Below are positions 60,687 to 64,000 of a DNA stretch of 64,000 nt, one piece after another. How positions within the stretch are numbered: position 1 is the stretch's first letter; each line of letters opens with the position of its first letter. The DNA is from Flavobacteriales bacterium (GTDB taxonomy: Bacteria; Bacteroidota; Bacteroidia; Palsa-965), in NCBI GenBank assembly GCA_040377305.1, contig JBEIPA010000015.1, forward strand, positions 1 through 64,000, in the 5' to 3' direction. The notes beneath the pieces are model-generated. The model was not told where the DNA came from, ran no database searches, and was given only the letters and a program-made list of their open reading frames with translations. The position numbers were made by a program, and so were the translations under genes.

Positions 60687-61331
60687 ATGAGCAACGAAAT
60701 AAAATACTACAGTCAATACGAGCAGGATAAGTTCCTTTCTGAAAATATATTCAAAGGAAAGACCGGATTCTTTATTGAAATCGGAGCTGATGACGGTGTG
60801 GATAAGAGCAATACTTACTTTTTTGAACTGAGTGGCTGGAAAGGTTTGTGCATTGAGCCTAGTCCTTCTCGCTTTGAGCAACTTAAGAAGAACAGAAAAT
60901 GCGAATGTATCAACATGGCAGTTTCCTCTTCCGAAAAGCAAGTGGAGTTCATGGACATTACAGGTTATGGCAAAGGCTTGTCAGGAATTGTTGATCACTA
61001 CGATGCGCGTCACGTTGACAGGATTGCAAGAGAGACAACGAATAATGACCAGACAATCAGCAAGAAGAAAGTAATCGTGAACACTGCTCGTTTAGATAAT
61101 CTGCTGGCTGATAGAAATATTACTGCTGTAGATTATTGCAGCATTGATGTAGAAGGCAGTGAGGTAGAAATTCTTAAGTCAATCGATTTCAATCAAACCT
61201 GGTTTGATGTATTTACAATCGAAGACAATTACCAGACGCCGGCAATCCGTGAAATTCTTGAGCTAAATAACTTTGAGCTGATTCACAAGATTGGACCAGA
61301 TCTCGTTTACCGGAATAAGAAGCGCATGTAA
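60687..61331 (+). CDS. FkbM family methyltransferase
   Basis: YSQ..QD, FIEIGA.DG...SNT, IEP, SIDVEG.E. Confidence 0.9.
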   Translation: MSNEIKYYSQYEQDKFLSENIFKGKTGFFIEIGADDGVDKSNTYFFELSGWKGLCIEPSPSRFEQLKKNRKCECINMAVSSSEKQVEFMDITGYGKGLSGIVDHYDARHVDRIARETTNNDQTISKKKVIVNTARLDNLLADRNITAVDYCSIDVEGSEVEILKSIDFNQTWFDVFTIEDNYQTPAIREILELNNFELIHKIGPDLVYRNKKRM

Positions 61332-61336
61332 CTGCT

Positions 61337-62431
61337 TTATTCTGATTTACCTTGCGCCCTTAAGACTCTTTTCTTCCTGTATCGTTCCAGTGGGTCTGTT
61401 ATAAATCGGATCAACAGGAAACATGCGACCAACGTAATTCCCAATGCGAATTCAGCCTGGTAAGACATATTCCAACCGAACTTACCAATTACTTTCATCG
61501 CAACGAAAAGTGCGGTGATATGCGTGATATAGATCAGGTACGAATATTCCCCAATGTAATTGTCCAACTTGTTTTTCTTGGTGGCTTCAAAAATTAACGG
61601 AAGCGACACCATGATCAGGATATACAATGCGAGCTCTATGTACGGAAACTTAATTGCGTTGAAGCTCAGGACTACAGCCACGATCAGTGCAATAATACCA
61701 TAAGCAATCCTGTGATCAGTGATATTGAAACGAAGTTGTTTAGACCAGCGATAGGATAGGATCCCTGCGATGAAGAAAATGAGCTCGAAGGGAAAGAACC
61801 GGTGTGTCCATGGATCGAAATTGAATCCATTCATATAGGCAATTAAGCGTAAACCTAAAGTTGCGGCACCCAACACGAGAAGCCAGGAAGTTTTGAGTCG
61901 AACCAGAAAAGGTGCAATCAGGTAAAACATCAATTCAATACTTACGGTCCATGCCTGTGGAATTAACAGGTAGGTATGTACGCGTGGATCAGTTTGACGG
62001 AAATCACGTGCGAACTGAAGCATACCTTCCTGGTCAAAGCCCGTAAACAATGACGCATCAAGTCCGAAAATGCCCGTGTTCGAAGCAAACAGATAAGCCT
62101 TAGAGCTCCAGTGCAAAGGCGCATCACTGAGGTAGCCGTTGAGTTTGAAATAATCGCCGGTCATCACACCGCTTACGACGCAAATGATCAGCGTTGCAAT
62201 AAGGGTCACCCAATAGGCAGGATACAATCGCAGAAATCGATTCGTAATGAAAAGACGGTAACCTTTTTCGATTTGCAGATACTTTTCGCTGAGCACGAGA
62301 GCCATGTAGAATCCCGAAATGATGTAAAATGATTCCACCGCAACGCGTCCACCGGTCATGTGCAATCCAAACAAAGGTTCGCTGTGGGTAATAATTACCG
62401 CAACAGCAAGGATAAACCGGATAAGTCCCAT
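61337..62431 (-). CDS. Acyltransferase family 3 (inverted within the locus)
   Basis: G..RF.LA..V...H, FY.ISGF.M, NR.LRLYP, AWT...E..FY, SY..Y..H. Confidence 0.88.
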   Translation of the reverse strand: MGLIRFILAVAVIITHSEPLFGLHMTGGRVAVESFYIISGFYMALVLSEKYLQIEKGYRLFITNRFLRLYPAYWVTLIATLIICVVSGVMTGDYFKLNGYLSDAPLHWSSKAYLFASNTGIFGLDASLFTGFDQEGMLQFARDFRQTDPRVHTYLLIPQAWTVSIELMFYLIAPFLVRLKTSWLLVLGAATLGLRLIAYMNGFNFDPWTHRFFPFELIFFIAGILSYRWSKQLRFNITDHRIAYGIIALIVAVVLSFNAIKFPYIELALYILIMVSLPLIFEATKKNKLDNYIGEYSYLIYITHITALFVAMKVIGKFGWNMSYQAEFALGITLVACFLLIRFITDPLERYRKKRVLRAQGKSE

Positions 62432-62545
62432 ACTGTTTGCTAAAATAGCGGAATGCTCTTTAAGTCGGTCCGATTTTGTTTTTCTATCAACAATAGGGGG
62501 TATATTAATGACTATTTTTGTTTGTGATACACTAATACTTCACCG

Positions 62546-63286
62546 ATGAATTTATTTTCTGTAATCAGGAAAGCTATTCTGAAAGAAGAGCAAGACACGG
62601 ACCGTAAGCAGCCCGAAAATCGTCGCGCTAACATGGATATCGTCAATCAGTATATTGCTGATCCTGAGTTTCCTTACCTGGTAAGTTTTTCCAGAACCGG
62701 GAGTCACTGGTTGCGAATGATGATGGAACTTTATCTGGGAATGCCATCACTCAAATTGCTTTTTTTCTCGGAAACCAACACAACATCCCGTTATTCTTGT
62801 TTGCACACCCATGATCTTGATTTTACGGTAGAGGCGCGTAACGTAGTTTATCTCTATCGTGAGCCGGTAGAAACGATTTTTTCACAAATGACTTACCACG
62901 AACAGGATTTGCAGAACGACGACCTTGTTGATGCGTGGGCAGATCATTATGCCCGTCATGTGAAGAAATGGGTGATTGATGAAAAATTTACTGCGCAAAA
63001 GATTGTTTTGACTTACGAAGGACTTAAGTCCGATATCGGATCAGAGTTTCAGAAGATTTCCGATTTTTTCGGTGTACCATTCGATGCCGATAAAGCCGCA
63101 AAGGCTGCAGCGAGTGTATCGAAAGAAAAGATCAGTGAGAAGACGAAGCACGATCCGAAAGTGATTAATCTGGACAAAGATTACAGTAACCGAAGGGAAG
63201 AGTTCAAGAAGCGATACAGTGCGCGTATCTATGAGCTTATTCGTACGCGTTACCCGGAAGTGGCAACATTGTTTGAGCAACACTAA
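62546..63286 (+). CDS. Sulfotransferase domain protein
   Basis: SFSRTGSHWL (5'-PSB-like), YLYREP...I.S (3'-PB-like), YE.L. Confidence 0.8.
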   Translation: MNLFSVIRKAILKEEQDTDRKQPENRRANMDIVNQYIADPEFPYLVSFSRTGSHWLRMMMELYLGMPSLKLLFFSETNTTSRYSCLHTHDLDFTVEARNVVYLYREPVETIFSQMTYHEQDLQNDDLVDAWADHYARHVKKWVIDEKFTAQKIVLTYEGLKSDIGSEFQKISDFFGVPFDADKAAKAAASVSKEKISEKTKHDPKVINLDKDYSNRREEFKKRYSARIYELIRTRYPEVATLFEQH

Positions 63287-63294
63287 GTAACTCC

Positions 63295-64000
63295 ATGGTT
63301 GTACGTCTGGTCAAGGATTGGAATTTTCCTGATATCATGCGTCAGTCGCCTGGTGTGTCTGGTGAGTGGAATGGAATTCGTTTCACCGAGGACAAACTAA
63401 CGGAGTGTGATATTCTGGTTGTCTTTAACCGCCCTCAGCACAATTTATTCTGTAAAGTCAGAGAAGGTGGAGCCTGGCTGTTCTCGCAGGAGTCACCCAT
63501 CGGGATTTACGACTGGCACAAAAAATCGTTTCCGTATTTCGACAAAGTGTATACTTTTTGGGAGAACGATAACGCGAAAAATATCTTTCACGATCAAACC
63601 ATGTTGCCCTGGCATATTGGTAAGTCGTATGACGAATTGAAAGCTCTGGAACCGGGCCATCTGAAAACGGATGAAGTGTCGTGGGTCACGAGTAGCGCAT
63701 CTTCTAAAGAAGGGCATCGCCTGCGAATGGCATTTCTCGAGTTTCTGAATTCAAAGCAATTCCCGCTACGCTTATTCGGAAGAGGATTTAATCCAATCGA
63801 CGATAAGTTTGACGGGATTTATCCCTACAAATATTCAATTGCTGTCGAGAATTACTCGTGCAATGATTACTGGACGGAGAAAATCGCTGATTGTCTTTTG
63901 TCGTGGACTTTACCGTTTTATTACGGTGCGAAGAATATTCAGAAGTTTTTACCTGAAGGTTCGATGGTGCACATTGATCCTGCGAAACCGGAAGAGTCGT
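63295..64000 (+). CDS. Glycosyltransferase family 10 (fucosyltransferase-like), truncated by the window end
   Basis: Absent from the ORF track; manual translation MVVRLVKDW..YKYSIAVENYSCNDYWTEKIADC...PFYYG matches the GT10 motif. Confidence 0.85.
   Translation, partial: MVVRLVKDWNFPDIMRQSPGVSGEWNGIRFTEDKLTECDILVVFNRPQHNLFCKVREGGAWLFSQESPIGIYDWHKKSFPYFDKVYTFWENDNAKNIFHDQTMLPWHIGKSYDELKALEPGHLKTDEVSWVTSSASSKEGHRLRMAFLEFLNSKQFPLRLFGRGFNPIDDKFDGIYPYKYSIAVENYSCNDYWTEKIADCLLSWTLPFYYGAKNIQKFLPEGSMVHIDPAKPEES

Noticed and set aside
1-64000. tRNA, rRNA, transposase, integrase or prophage
   Set aside because: None recognised by eye; a tRNAscan/Rfam run would be needed to exclude small RNAs formally

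Overview
A 64-kb chromosomal window from a Bacteroidota bacterium. Evidence for the phylum: three T9SS C-terminal sorting domains, TAnnTTTG-type -7 promoter boxes, no obvious Shine-Dalgarno sites, and typical clusters relA-fur-STAS-purA-ostA and lptD/amidase-mlaD-FeS. The first ~39 kb is mostly housekeeping (cmk, DEAD helicase, ispH, purA, relA, fahA) with small insertions: a ParE-type TA pair, an orphan immunity-like gene and many intergenic repeats. The right part is envelope-focused: a large T9SS adhesin-like protein, an ECF sigma/anti-sigma cluster, glyA, a four-gene operon (T9SS cargo, tiny PID-CTERM-type peptide, exosortase, partner membrane protein), and a divergent polysaccharide locus. 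That locus holds Wzc, Wzm/Wzt, methyl-, acyl- and sulfotransferases, and a GT10 gene cut by the window edge. Best leads: (1) an exosortase whose apparent substrate is an ~18-residue Pro/Cys peptide, wired to T9SS cargo and glycan export; (2) a structured ~203-bp tandem duplication upstream of cmk; (3) degenerate 7-9-mer arrays sitting just upstream of promoters, twice translated as lipoprotein n-regions; (4) many apparently leaderless genes. No rRNA, tRNA, CRISPR array or transposase was seen. All calls come from motif recognition by eye, with no database search.
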